Shown here piece by piece: positions 1-13,915 of a stretch of DNA of 64,000 bases. The stretch is taken from positions 20,997,340 through 21,061,339 of the forward strand of contig NC_069002.1 of NCBI RefSeq assembly GCF_001194135.2, read 5' to 3'. The notes below the pieces were generated by a model. It had not been told where the DNA came from. It saw only the letters and a program-made list of their open reading frames with translations, and did no database searches. This DNA comes from Octopus bimaculoides (Eukaryota). Both the position numbers and the translations under genes were made by a program. The first letter of the stretch is position 1. Every line of letters begins with the position of its first letter.

Positions 1-3000
1 TTCCGATACATTGTTATAGATGTTCGCCAGTCCTATTCTGAAATATCCGCTGAAATAAATATCGGAACTGGCTCCCCTTCGCAACGTATTATCGTTTGTA
101 TAATGATATATTCACCTCACTTGTTACACATATATTTATTATATAGGATAACCGATTTGATATTTTCCCATGTAAAAATATTCCCGGCAATATCCTGAAC
201 GATATAGACGGCTTGGCAGAAAATATATTCGGAACTTTTCGTCGGAATAACTAGCTGCCTGTCGATTTCTATCAATAAGTAGAAAGCGTAAAATATCTAT
301 ATTGATTATCCTTCTGCTGTTTCTCTTTAAGTCTAGTTTCTTTCTTCTTCCTATTATAAATATCGCTGGTTCTGGCCTTGTGTCAGGACAATGTAAGTAA
401 TTACTCTCGAGACCAATGTTGTTGGTGCTGCTATTAATGTCTTTCAGATTCTTTTTTCTCTCCTAATTAATCATTTTGCACTTTTACGTCGTGCATTTAT
501 ATATATTTTACGTTGCGCACCAGTTTATCTGTAGAGAAACCAAAACAGCAACAAGTCTTAAGCTGGACACACATAATTCGGATAGAGGAATGTTTACTGT
601 CAGGAATGCAACTGGGTAATAGATTGTTAGCGTTGAAATGAGTTACAGATTGATAACTGTTAGAAAGAAATTAACGTAGAGAATTTCAGACATCCGCGTA
701 TGCATACTTGCAGGTGTTTCTGTCTATATGGGTTTTCCCTATATATTTCAGCAGTATACTTTTGATACATATATTATCCCCCCACACGTTGTAGCACTGG
801 AATGTAATGCTTCCAATTACAGTTACTCATTTTTGCGCAGAATGTGTCGATACTTCCTGATAGTCGATTGCGTTAGAAATAAAATCAGGAAGTGGAATCT
901 CTAATTACAAACTGAATAGTTGCACAAGTGTTTAGAATATAATTTATCAACTATAAGTGTGAATTCCTAAATACACTCACTCACACAATCAAATGTGAGG
1001 CTCTTTGATCGTGTGTTGAATACATAAAATGTTAATAATGTATTAGTTTAATTATATCTGTTGATGTTTGTATTTGTTTTCTCGTTGTGCGCGTGTGTGA
1101 GAATTTGCATGTGTCACCATCTACATGTGTCTTTTTGGAAATACATTGTTTCTATCTTTCGTCTCCAATTTTTGTGTCACACTTAACATTCTTCATTCAC
1201 AAATAAATTTTATTGTTTAGTATACACGACATGATGTGGTTGAGTATCGAATTCCTATTTCACCATACAAGTGTTTAAAAGTTAAAACAAACTTTATATT
1301 CAGGAATATTTCAACTTACCCTCTTGAAAGCTGGAAGATAATGAAGTTTCCAGTCGTTGAATAGTTGTTTCATGCTTGATTTCCTATTCTATGTTCACGT
1401 ACTCGGATATGTCATCTTCCTGTTAAGACAAGAAAATAGAATTCAGGAATTTCAGCTCAGATACATTTAAACACATCTACTGGGAAAATAAATAGGATAG
1501 AATATTTATATTCCATCGACCAAATAATATGTTAGGTTGACTTGTTAAAAATAGAAAGCAATTCTCCTTTAAATCACATTTGATGTCTTCAAAGTACATT
1601 GCATTTTAGATATAGATTATGCACAAATTTTAACGGAATATAGCATGGGATGCTACGGACGGAATGTACTTGAACGTTGTTTGCTTAATCATTTTAAGCA
1701 AAATAATAACAATTTTAAATTCTTGTAACATTTCTGTTAAATATTGTATAAATTCCAAAACTTCCTATCTTGGAGAAAACTTTGGTAAAGCATCATGTCA
1801 GGTTAGCGTTCCTGCTCTGCAATGCACAATAGACCGTCCTTCTTTTCATTGTTAAAAGAAGGATGATGGATCACGTAGTGTCATATCAGATGACATTACG
1901 TGTTCTTTATACCTTTGTGAACACACGCCGTCCCGCACCTGCAATACGGTTACAGGGCTTAAGTTTTACATGAGTAATATATATTTCTTTTACGAAAGAA
2001 ATATTTACGAAATAGATAAGCATAAATATGAATGTGTGAGACGACACCTTGTTTAGTAAGTGTGACGGTGTACTGCTTAAAAGTCACAAAGTGTTCCACA
2101 CACATACACACATATGCACGTGTAAAAGTACACGCGCGCACATACACACAGACACATACAAACACAAAGAAAAAAAGTTAATGTCACACTTGAAGAGCAT
2201 CAACCATATGGCATAGAGGGAAAATGCATCATGGGCGACTTATTCATATTAAACGCGTCTAACACTTGTAATATATGATGTATACAGAGATTATAGATCT
2301 ATTTAGTGCAAAAAAATAAATAAATAACCGTTAGCATCATATTGTTTGCAAAGATCAAACATCGAACTCCAAGTTGGATAACTCTATATTAGTATTATAG
2401 AACCTAACTTTTGGCACGGCAACTCGATGCAGAAGGTAATTAGTGTTGTTTGAAAGTCAACTGGTAAAAGTAAGAGACATATTTCAATCGAATTAGATCT
2501 CAGCAGCAACGAAGGAAAATGTGTAACTTAAATGATTGCGTAAACACAGTCTGCTGAAATGTTATTGTGTAGTGAAATGTACCGCCTAAGTTAATCTTCA
2601 TTTATAAAATACTTTTGTTATGTTTTGTGGAACTACCTAATGTATTTATAAAGAATACGAGAAAAATTCAATACGTTAATGATTTTGTCAGGTGCATTCT
2701 TTGCAGAATTGAAATGGAATCAGTAAATTAGGAAATCGATAGTTTGACACGGATATTTCTATATTTAAGGGAAGTTGTCTAAATAGTGGCAGCAAAGGAG
2801 GTTTCTGCAAGATATTTTCCAGATGCCTGGATTTCCCGTAGTATCCAATATATATCAATAACCACAGGAAATGGTGGATTCATTACCCTTCATGAACTGA
2901 ATCTTGACAGATAGCTTCCCACACATCACAGTAGTACGACGCTTTTCATATTTGCATTTTTTTCCTTGTAATATTTTCAACCACGTGATTCTAATTGACA

Positions 3001-3529
3001 TATAGTACCACCCATCATCATCCAGTAACAATTGTCTGAAGCATAAGATTCATATTTTACATTTATGAAAATCCAAATAATCAAGTGTCGTCCTGTATAG
3101 GTGTGTGTGTGTTTGGATGAGAGTATGTGCGTATATAAATATACAGAGAACAGATCACGTATTCAGAATCCATAGGAGTATATATAATATAAATAATATA
3201 TAAATATATGCATATATCCATACATATATGTACATACCTACATATATATGTATATATACATGAATATATGGGTACAGGACATCAAAAAGACGTTGAACAC
3301 AATGAGAAACGAAAACAAAAACATAGAAAACGAACGTTTTTTTGAACAGCGAAAAAAAAACAAACAGAGAAACGAGGCATGCAACATAAAGAGTATACCC
3401 TTCGTCAGTTGTCCCTGTTTCATATATATATATTCGCTTACATAACAGCCTACTAACCTATCTACCTGTGTATGTATAACTGTGGGTATTGGAGTATCAC
3501 TACTTTCTACACGGTATATTGATATTTAT

Positions 3530-3672
3530 ATTTGTTCTCCGTCTTCCTTTTCCTCTGTTTGAAGAAGAGCTTTAGTCGTGAGGTTAAACCAACTTTCTTT
3601 CCATTCTTGAGCGTCTGCTAATACTTTACATGTACCACGCCCTCGCGTTGCTGCTTTTTATGCTTGTCGTTC
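3530..3672 (+). repeat. Short dispersed repeat, probably Penelope-LTR-derived; relatives at about 33400-33560 and 36230-36365
   Basis: Shared layout: pyrimidine tract, GAAGAGC-like motif, GAGCGTnnnCTAATAC-like motif, then a microsatellite tail. Confidence 0.45.
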
Positions 3673-3688
3673 GTTTTGGGGGATTTAC

Positions 3689-3743
<55 letters not shown>

Positions 3744-4292
3744 GTGTGCGTGTGTGTGTGTGTGTGTAAACATGTATGCATGTATGTATGTTTGTATGTA
3801 TGTATGTATGTATGTATGTATGCCAACATNNNNNNNNNNNNNNNNNNNNNNNNNNNNNNNNNNNNNNNNNNNNNNNNNNNNNNNNNNNNNNNNNNNNNNN
3901 NNNNNNNNNNNNNNNNNNNNNNNNNNNNNNNNNNNNNNNNNNNNNNNNNNNNNNNNNNNNNNNNNNNNNNNNNNNNNNNNNNNNNNNNNNNNNNNNNNNN
4001 NNNNNNNNNNNNNNNNNNNNNNNNNNNNNNNNNNNNNNNNNNNNNNNNNNNNNNNNNNNNNNNNNNNNNNNNNNNNNNNNNNNNNNNNNNNNNNNNNNNN
4101 NNNNNNNNNNNNNNNNNNNNNNNNNNNNNNNNNNNNNNNNNNNNNNNNNNNNNNNNNNNNNNNNNNNNNNNNNNNNNNNNNNNNNNNNNNNNNNNNNNNN
4201 NNNNNNNNNNNNNNNNNNNNNNNNNNNNNNNNNNNNNNNNNNNNNNNNNNNNNNNNNNNNNNNNNNNNNNNNNNNNNNNNNNNNNNNNNNNN

Positions 4293-4520
4293 ATGTGGAA
4301 GGGAGTGTGATTCAGCAGGAGGACTTAAACGACACGCAAAGGTACATGGAGCCCAGTTACAACAACAGCCAGCTATTGCCAGTAAAGGTTTTGGATGCTA
4401 ACTCTTTGCAAGACATTGTAGATCTTTGGCTGGGCTAAAAAGTCACATTCGATCGCAGCACCGTTAGGTTAAGCTTCGTGAAATGGCCATACTCGATAAC
4501 GAGGGGGCAGCCATCATCAT
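4293..4520 (+). mobile_element. 3' end of an RTE-type LINE with two C-terminal C2H2-like zinc fingers (pseudogenised)
   Basis: Reads CGRECDSAGGLKRHAKVH...GFGC*LFARHCRSLAGLKSHIRSQHR*, then a short 3' UTR and a (CAT)/(TATG) tail; no TGEKP linkers; the 5' part is in the gap. Confidence 0.6.
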
Positions 4521-5299
4521 GTATGTATGTATGCATGTATGCATGTATGTATGTATGTATGTATGTATGTATGTATGTAGGTAGGTAGGTAGGTAGGTAG
4601 GTAGGTAGGTAAACAAATAGGTAAGTAGATAGATGGTTGCATATATATTAAGGACTGACTAGCACATAAACACAGGCACAAAATGAGATGGAAACATATG
4701 ACCATATACATACGCACACTCCACACACACGCGCGCGCGCATGCACACACGCACCCCCCACACACACAAGGACACATATGCAGAAGCATATCCACACATA
4801 ACAGACGCACGCACATAGTCATATAAACCCATACCCACAGACATACTCAAGGAAACAGGACTACACACACAAACACACAAACCTGCCCTCACACGCACTT
4901 GAATATGTAGAATACATACATACAAACGTACAAACACGCATCCATCCATCCATACATACATACATACATACATACATACATACATACATACATACATACA
5001 TTCATATGTGTATACACGTGGACACTGACGCACACCACATGCGCACAAACAAAAAAAATAACCAAAAACAACACAGCTCCGATAACAGAGAGTCAATGAC
5101 TTTTGACGAGGTTGCAATAAGCAACGAAAATATTAGGAAAAGGAATGAATAAATAAATTAGTAAATGAGTGGAAATTGAACCGGTGAGTTTGTTAATTAA
5201 TAATGCATTAAAACAGAATCACTCACCCTAGACGACAAAATATCCTCCAACACACGAATTCACATAAAGAAACTTGCGAACCAAATACGAAACGAAAAT

Positions 5300-6400
5300 T
5301 ACACATATATATACTTTACAAGACCACAGACGCTAAACAATATGTATTCTAAACAATATCTAATAGCTCATGTCATCTGAGACATATCAAAACAAATATA
5401 CCCTTCAGCCTTGCAAGAAGAATTTGTATCATAGTATCGGGAAAAAATACCAGAGAACTAAGATTGCAAGTTCAAAATCGATTAATATCAAAACATTTAG
5501 AATAGCCAAACACAACAATACATCTACCTTCAAAGCACGACCTTGTATTTCCACGTACAACCCCAGAAACAAAGAAGCATTCAAAGAAGCATTCACCGTC
5601 CAAAATCTTCCAATACTCCATAGGGACCCGAAACTTAAGGAGATCCTACGTAACCATAAAACCATTAAGAGCAGCAAACAGCCAAAATCATTGAAAAAAA
5701 TTCTCACCAATGCCAAACTATTCTCTATAACAACGGACGCAAGAATCATAAAGTGTGGTTGCTCTAATTGCGGAACATGTCCCTATCTGTTGGAAGGATT
5801 GGAATTCCATTTCAGACAAGGACAAATGTTCAAAATCAAATCGAACTTCACTAGCGTCTTCCAAAACCTCATTTACGTAAACAGATGGTCGGGCTGCAAT
5901 CGAAATTATATTGGCTCAACAGAAAATTCGACAGGAAAAAGATGTATGGTCCACAGACAACACATTTCTTCCCCATAATATCGCTCCCCGCAAATATATC
6001 TCAGTCAACACATTGAGGAATGTTCTGAGCGATTACATCCACAATTCGAAATTTTCTCATGTTATGAACTTGTCTTCTGGACGTCAACACAGGTGAGACT
6101 GAATAAAGAAGCCTCATTTATCCACAAATATAAACCAGAATTAAATATCAACCCATATTGAAAATAAAGGACTTATCCCATCAAATGGAAGGTATAAGCC
6201 ACAATAAAGCAGAGAACACCAAAATCAATAAAATAAAAATTACATATTTACCTCCCATTTACTGCAAAATAAATGAGTGAACAATTATCGCCTGTAACAA
6301 TGTGTTTTTTCCTCCTAGCAATTTATCGCATTCAACTCTCAGCTTGATGAGCAATGCGAAACCGATCCTTAGTTCAATCAGGTTGAAAGAACAAAACTTT
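5300..6400 (+). mobile_element. Penelope-like retroelement, 3' portion (RT thumb + GIY-YIG endonuclease + LTR remnant), frameshifted
   Basis: YKTTDAKQY and SCHLRHIKTNIPFSLARRIC (PLE RT C-terminus), then CGCSNCGTCPY...NLIYVNRWSGCNRNYIGST...RCMVHRQHI (GIY-YIG-like), ending RLNKEASFIHKYKPELN near 6150. Confidence 0.9.
6338..6372 (+). ncRNA. Decayed minimal type-I hammerhead ribozyme motif in the Penelope 3' LTR region
   Basis: ctcag-C(T)TGATGA-GCaatGC-GAAA-CCGA-TC-cttag; three deviations from an ideal ctcag-CTGATGA-GC..GC-GAAACCGGTC-ctgag. Confidence 0.6.
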
Positions 6401-6471
6401 ATCGTTTACAAAATTGTATATCTTTACTTTCATGGCTCTAATATACTCTTAAATCCTGTAAGGCAAATCTG

Positions 6472-6525
<54 letters not shown>

Positions 6526-7229
6526 NNNNNNNNNNNNNNNNNNNNNNNNNNNNNNNNNNNNNNNNNNNNNNNNNNNNNNNNNNNNNNNNNNNNNNNNNNN
6601 NNNNNNNNNNNNNNNNNNNNNNNNNNNNNNNNNNNNNNNNNNNNNNNNNTATATATATGTATGTATGCATGTATGTATTATGTATGTAGGTATATAAGCA
6701 TGCATGCATGCATGTATGTGTGTATGTATGTATGTATGTATGTATGTATGTATGTATTTATATGAATGTTTATCGATGAACCAATTAATTTTTCTGGATT
6801 TAATATATTTCACTGAAAGAAGAATGGTTTAAAAGTCGAAAAATTCCATGTTTCATATCATTAGAGTTCCTTCCCTTATTTGCAGCCTTTAAAGAGCCAT
6901 AGTATTATCTCAACTAATTGCATGGGTCGTCCCAGTTAATACATGTTTTTAATCTCCCTGTATTAAATATAGGATTTATAACAGCGTGTTTATTTAATAT
7001 CTGGAACTCCCCTGCAGCTCTGTTCTAGTAATGTTCCATATATTGCTGACTCCATATTTGGACGTTATGTATCTCGAAACAACCAATTTATAATTCCTTG
7101 ACAATATGTAATCTCCTTTAGAGAAAGCAAGAGAAAAGAATAACATATATACAGTAATGTCCCATAACCGTTTGGTAAATTTCTATCACCACGTTGCTAG
7201 AATTGATTGGAGTTTTAGATGAAGAATGA

Positions 7230-7620
7230 GAAAGGATATATAAAAATGAAAGAAGAGCCAAGAGCGGGCAAATAATCTGACAACAAGATATGCATTGGCG
7301 AAGATAAAGAAAGATTGCAACAAAGTAACAAAGACTGCGAACAGCTTTGGGTTAAACGTTTATTTCGCTAAGTGAAGTATATGTGTTTGTTATTTTCAAT
7401 TACGAAATCCGTTTTCTGCAGAAAGTTTTGACTGGACTAATGGCATAAGAAAATGATAAATGACAGAAATGAAACACAAGCACATTTGAAGCACAAAATG
7501 CAGAGATCGTCACTATGGCTGTAATTTCAGAAATGCTATTTGATCTTTAGAATAAGGTAGGTCAAAGACGTATGTTGGAATAGGTATCTGTAGAAAATTA
7601 ATTGCTCCAGAAATAAAATG
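7230..7620 (+). mobile_element. Highly degenerate RTE-like LINE RT fragment
   Basis: Across frameshifts: IGEDKERLQ...KVTKTANSFGLNV..K.KYM, and a later YVWNRYL-like segment resembling the RTE RT C-terminal half. Confidence 0.4.
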
Positions 7621-9345
7621 ATTTGTGAGTAGCCTAGAAGTAAATAACTCAAACTGAAAAGGAGGTGAAGAAATGCGCTATGAATGTGTCAGACTGTGTC
7701 CAAGAGAGAGGAAACATAACTCCATTTACCTAAGAATAAATCCTTGTTTGTTAGAAGCCCCACCAGCAACCAAGTGGGTTTGGATAGAATATATTTTTAA
7801 TGACATGTAGTCCATTTACAACCGCCCCATCATTTTAGGTATGTGTACGATGATATTTCTTCACGTGTTACTTCCATCATTTAGCTAATCGTGTATGTTT
7901 TTAGGAAAATTTAGATTTTATCTCTCGTAGACCGCGCTATATATCCGAGCTATATAACTTCAGAGAAAAATATTTCAATATTTTGCAGGTGTGTGTGCAA
8001 ATATTTTGGGCTATAAACTCTCACGTTTCTTGGGATTGTTGTGCAGAGATCAACTTCACACTAGTCGATTTTAAGACACTCAAACCTGAAATGACGGAGA
8101 TGATTTTAAAATCAGCAATAAATATTATAATCTGTCCAAGTTAGCGATATTAAAACACTTCATACAATTTTTATTAACGGTTACATATTATTGAGTGCCA
8201 GCCCTTGGCCTACTGGTGAGGGTATCACATTCACTAATAAAAAAGTGTGACTTCTATTCCCAATCAAGCGGCGCGTCGAACTCGAGTGAAACAATTCATT
8301 ACACATTAACACTAGTCCCATGCCACAGACCGACGGTCCATTCAAGGGTAATTTTACGTTATCCAACCTAGTCTCATTTTCAGTTTACAGCAATGCAAAG
8401 AAGTACATTTTTATCAACATTCGATATTTTGGTCGATATGCTGCTATCGAAGGTATTGTTAGTTATGCTTTGTGTCCCACAGCCAACAAACCTCATGGCA
8501 GATTTTTCACTCCGTAACTGATGCCATAAAAGTACGTGAAATATAATTGCAAGAGAAGTCATTAAAATAATATTCTATTTAACAGTCACAGAATTTACGG
8601 CTTCTTTGCAAGATACATCCACTCGTTATTCTATTATAAATATCGGGTTTTACATACAGCTCTCAAGCAATTAAAAATATATTTATCAAAACAAGTGAAT
8701 TTTATCCAATCCATTTAAAGCTATGAATCGACGTATAAGAAAACATCCGATAGTATACGTTTATTGGAAAGTTTAACATTTCCCTTTTAAACTTCAAATG
8801 ACAGGCTGATGAGAATACTCAACAAGTGCATTTTCGAGGGAGGAATGGTGATCATAGTAGCAATGGCAACAGGAGAAGAAATAACTGCAGGAATAAATTG
8901 AAATCGCTTTACAAATAGATTTCTCGACTATCGCAGCAGCATGATCATTGATATTTTACAGACCACATTTACAGTGTCACATTTTATAGTCAGAACATAT
9001 TACGATGCTCATTATTCTCTCAAATGTACTAACATTTTATCATGTCCTTAATTTAATATATGAAGTTGAAAACTGAACCGTAGAAGCAAACCTCATTTAC
9101 CAGACCATTATCTGCCTTAGCTGGATTTCGAATTTACATGACATGAAGTTGGATATTCGCTACATTTCTCCTTCGCACTGACTGCCATAGAGGATTGATG
9201 AGATTACGACTACGAATACCGTATTGTGATTTTTATCTAATCAGAACCTAAATTCTTGACCTGGAGGGATGACGGCAAATTTCGCACAGTCGGCCTCGTA
9301 TCCTACTAATGCATAAGTTACGGTTTAAAAACTATTACATCTATT

Positions 9346-9734
9346 GAGGCGGAGGCGCAATGGCCCAGTGGTTAGGACAGCGGACTCGCGGTCATAGGAT
9401 CGCGGTTTCTATACCCAGACCGGGCGTTGTGAGTATCGAAAACATTGAGCGAAACATCTAAAGCTACACGAGGCTCCGGCAGGGGATGGTGGCGAACTCT
9501 GCTGTACTCTTTTACCACAACTTTCTCTCATTCTGACTTCCTGTTTCTGTTGTGCCTCTAATTCAAAGGGTCAGCCTTGTCACACTGTGTCACGCTGAAT
9601 ATCCCCGAGAACTACGTTAAGGGTACACGTGTCTGTGGAGTGCTTAGTCACTTGCACGTTAATTTCACGAGCAGGCTGTTCCGTTGATCGGATCAACTGG
9701 AACCCTCGACGTCGTAAGCGACGGAGTGCCAACA
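9346..9734 (+). mobile_element. Full-length tRNA-derived SINE, family 1
   Basis: Pol III A-box TGGCCCAGTGG and B-box-like GGTTTCTATACCC; high identity to 11050-11438; (CAA) tail; 9-bp TSD acatctatt at 9337-9345 and 9735-9743. Confidence 0.9.
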
Positions 9735-11049
9735 ACATCTATTCAGACTTACTATAGTAATTGCATTTTAATTTTTGTTTTGTAGTTCTGCTCCAAACGC
9801 GCCAAGGAAAGTATGAATTCGATAGTGTATAACCAATTATGATCAAAATATGTAGGGGTTGACTTAAGCTGGGCTGTTTCAAATCGAAATGAATTAGTTA
9901 TAACCAGTTCCACTCACAAGGAGTTAATTTCTTGTCTTCTCAAAGGAGATATCACCAATTCACATTAGTTTGGAAGAGAAAATATGCCAACCGATGTATC
10001 ATCATTCCTTTGACATCATTAATCATGGAACTTGCAAGTTTAATGTCACATAAGATAATATATGAATACAGACAACGATTTAGATATGAACAATCATACG
10101 TCACAATTCTTTTATAGAGACGTCCATTCTGTTGAACACAACAAATGTTGTTATTTAAAAATGTTACTAAAAAAAATTCAAAGGCAAATATGTCATGTAT
10201 GGAAGCAGATCTGAGACTATTTTGCTAAGTGGTAACTACATAACTTTTAGTTTTCCTAATGAAATATACTCGATCCGATTTAAAATGGGTAAAATATATT
10301 TCATTAACAACCAATGTTAATTCTCCTTTTAAAGCAGTAAAATTAAAAGAATATATTAATTATAAATAAAAACAAGAAAATTTGCATATTAAATTAAACA
10401 TATTTTGATATGGCGATGCAAACTTTTAAAAATGAAAGCTAAATACTATTTAATAGAAGTTATACATTACAAGACACACGTGGTGGATATTAATAGCAAA
10501 TAAGTTGAGAAATGCTTCACCATTACACCAAATACTTTATTTAGCAACGTAACAGTTGTAATAATATATGTGCCTACATATCACTGAGCATATTATCGGA
10601 TTCCTCGAACACATTTCTATAGACTATATTCCCAGTCAGAAATTTATATACATAAACTGAGAGATCACAAAACCATTCTAATTTCATTGCAATTTTCTTT
10701 ACTTCAAGACTATACTTCATTTTAATTCATTTCTATTCCTTGAAGTCAATCCTCATAGCTCATTGTTATAAACATTTCCTGTTTCTGTTCATTATATGTT
10801 ATCACATTATTAAATATGAAGGAAGTAACTTTATTATCGACATATGAATTACAATCCTTAGGTAAACAGAACAGTCAAAAGAAGGATACAAGAATGAAAA
10901 GCAATTTTACTAAACACAATTAATTTGATCTTTATTATAAACAATAGGAGACATTCAGCTGAAAGAGGATTAATTTTAGAAGCTTTCAAAGTTGACAAAG
11001 CGTTGCTGTGGAAATGCTCACCACAATGTGGGTTGGGTATTAAACCATA

Positions 11050-11438
11050 GTGGGGGCGCAATGGCCCAGTGGTTAGGGCAGCGGACTCGTGCCATAGGAT
11101 TGCGGTTTCGACTCTCAGACTGGGCGTTGTGAGTGTTTATTGAGCGAAAACACCTAAAAAAAAAGCTCCACGAGGCTCCGGCAGGGGATGGTGGCGAACC
11201 CTGCTGTACTCTTCCACCACAACTTTCTCTCACTCTTACTTCTTGTTTCTGTTGTGCCTCTAATTCAAAGGGCCAGCCTTGTCGCACTGTGTCACGCTGA
11301 ATATCCCCGAGAACTACGTTAAGGGTACACGTGTCTGTGGAGTGCTCAGCTACTTGCATGTTAATTTCACGAGAAGGCTGTTCCGTTGATCAGATACTGG
11401 AACCCCCGACGTCGTAAGCGACGGAGTGCCAACAACAA
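11050..11438 (+). mobile_element. Full-length tRNA-derived SINE, family 1 (second copy)
   Basis: Colinear with 9346-9734; imperfect TSD attaaaccata / attagaccgta. Confidence 0.9.
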
Positions 11439-12054
11439 ATTAGACCGTATCATTTTATGACTAATTCAAACATCTCGATTTATGTTTAATCTTACATAGT
11501 CGTTCGCAGTAGTTATGTCATTGATTACCTCTATTTTCCACTAAAGCTTAAAGTAGTTCACGTTATCCGATTATAATAACTTCATACAAATAAAATCAAT
11601 GTTATTCAAATACTCAACTCTGCTTTACATTGGTTGTAGAATAATGTACTTCACAGCTCATCTATCTGGTAAGTACTCTTTTAGTCTTTTACACGTTTGT
11701 AAAACATGCAAAAGAGATTAATCAGTGATATCTGAGCAATTGATTGCTTTACCTGATAGGATCTGGTTTCAGACGAAATACAATCGCAACCAGCCCGAAA
11801 AGAGACACAATGGTAAGGTCTGGAATCGACCAGCACGAAAAGTGATTTCACCGTTAATGAAACGTACATATTCATCATCAGCTTGCCTGTGAGCGGCAAC
11901 TCTTTACTTTCTTACCGTAACGGGAAATATTCACAGCGGATAAGGCTCCCAGAACACCGGTTTCTTCAAACATTTTTAGACAAAGAAATAAGTTATCTCG
12001 TCTGCACGCCCGCTCTCTGCCCCCAACTCTCTGCCCTTCGCATTTTCTCTCGTA

Positions 12055-12105
<51 letters not shown>

Positions 12106-13446
12106 TTTAGCATTTATTACTAATTCTCGACTGTTCCCTGATTTCATATTCCTTTACTAATAGTATGGTTTACATTTATATTGGCCCAATTAAGCTCCTT
12201 AATTTATCGATCCAAATCTAAATGCTGTCACAATTTATCGATCCACATCTAAATGCTGGTTTTACATATTTATGAGTGGCAGTGATTTAATGATGTTTAT
12301 TGTAGGCAATAAATTATGAGACGGACATACTGTGTTTTAGTCATTGGTGCCATATTTTAAATGTCTGGCGTTAACGTTAGCTTTCTGCAAACAGCGTCGT
12401 GAAAGAGACTGCTCCCGTGTGCAGTATGCGTATTGCCTTGTATAAAACGATTAAAACACAAACTTCAAAAGAGGCTTTAGAAATTAAATCTAGAAACAAC
12501 ATTAATATTTGTTGAGTTTGGAGTAGAGACAGTTCCCATGACTTCTGCAGGAATTTTCCAGACTGGGGACGTCGATGCCGGTACTTTTCAGATTAGAATA
12601 TTGCCAGTTAATATTTACCAGGAAAAAATATTGGAGAAGGCAGATGTTTTGAGATTCACGACTGTCAATAGAGGTTATTTCCATCCCTGAGGGAAGATGA
12701 AAAGACGACTGGTTCTGGTTTGTTTGAGCACAAAACCAATCAAGACAGAAAAAAAACAGTATACCTCTAGATTAGACTGTATCTGATATCATTACCAACC
12801 AATCAGATGATATATGGTGTATCCATCTACTCGCGAGGCTGCAAGTTTATATCTGCTCTGTAATGAAATTACGGCAAACTAAATATATATACTCCACTAT
12901 GATTGATTGAGGCATCCAACGAATGTTTTACACAGGCAACACACATTTTACAATGTCTTTGTCAAGATTTATACCATTATTTGAGGAATCACGATGAACA
13001 TTGTTTCTCCAGTTGTTTCTTCTGCTATAGTTAAATATTTTTATAGTCACTTCTGAGTAATTTGGCTTAGCTTAATATAAAGAACGTGATATTTAGGCAA
13101 GCAATGGACCTATTTAATATTCCGTCTCCATTGTGTATACTTTACTGTCGATGTCGGTAAAGTTTTTCGCTCCGCGTCTTGAGTTCGTGCCGGAGCTGTT
13201 TCTCCATGTATATGCTGAAGTTGGAGGTGAGCTTTCTCGCAGCATATCTTATTCTCTTCATATGTTCGACATTGCTTTACATAGAACCGACGTATGTATG
13301 TGCACATGTCTGTTTGTATATCTGTCTGTATGTATGTCTCTTCAATTTTTTAATTATTATAAATATTCCACTGAGGAGGAAGCCGATTTCCAACTAAGAT
13401 GCAAGGCTCCATCATTAGGATGGAGTTAACACAGGCAAATTCCCAT

Positions 13447-13740
13447 TTGGAACTTCAGAAAAGTGTTGCATATTTTTACTGTTCCACTCACAGATTGTAC
13501 TTTTAATGTACAAATCAGTCGGTCAGTCTGCCTTTCTGATAATTCCAGTTTATCAGATTCCCCTTTCAGCATTTACTAACAAAACCTAGGGCTCCAATTT
13601 TTGTTGGTATGGATATGAATTGTCCATAGATATTCTCTTTTCCTTTGATTTTCAAAGAGTTATTTATATCTGCAAGGCAGCTGACCTGTATGATGGTACA
13701 TACCTTTGCCCCTCTGTCCCAAACAATATTATGCGGCCTG
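13447..13740 (-). mobile_element. R4-like RLE non-LTR retrotransposon, 3' fragment
   Basis: RPHNIVWDRGAKVCTIIQVSCLADINNSLKIKGKENIYG...IPTKIGALGFVSKC and LICTLKVQSVSGTVKICNTFLKF: a decayed PD-(D/E)xK endonuclease C-terminus. Confidence 0.75.
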
Positions 13741-13799
13741 TTATTGTTATTATTCTTATCATCATCATCATCATCCTCCTCCTCCTCCTCCTCCTCCTC

Positions 13800-13842
<43 letters not shown>

Positions 13843-13915
13843 ATTATTATTATCATCGTCAATGTTATTATTATTGTTGATGTTGTTATTGTTATTGTTG
13901 TTGTTATTATTATTA
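13741..13915. repeat. Compound trinucleotide microsatellite (ATC/CTC/ATT/GTT)
   Basis: Seen directly. Confidence 0.95.

Noticed and set aside
1-300. Possible decayed GIY-YIG-like motif on the minus strand (MCNK*GEYIIIQT)
   Set aside because: Too degenerate to support by eye.
8180-8530. Stop-poor, GC-richer patch with CCAAT and GCGGCGCG, possible promoter or exon
   Set aside because: No downstream gene, no clear splice sites, and the motifs are too short to be diagnostic.
9350-9420. tRNA-like A/B boxes here and at 11055, 30450, 37380 and 37660
   Set aside because: These are SINE heads continuing into shared bodies and tails; no cloverleaf of a true tRNA.
12538-12690. 50-aa ORF MTSAGIFQTGDVDAGTFQ...
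   Set aside because: No recognisable domain or splice context; the length is within chance expectation.
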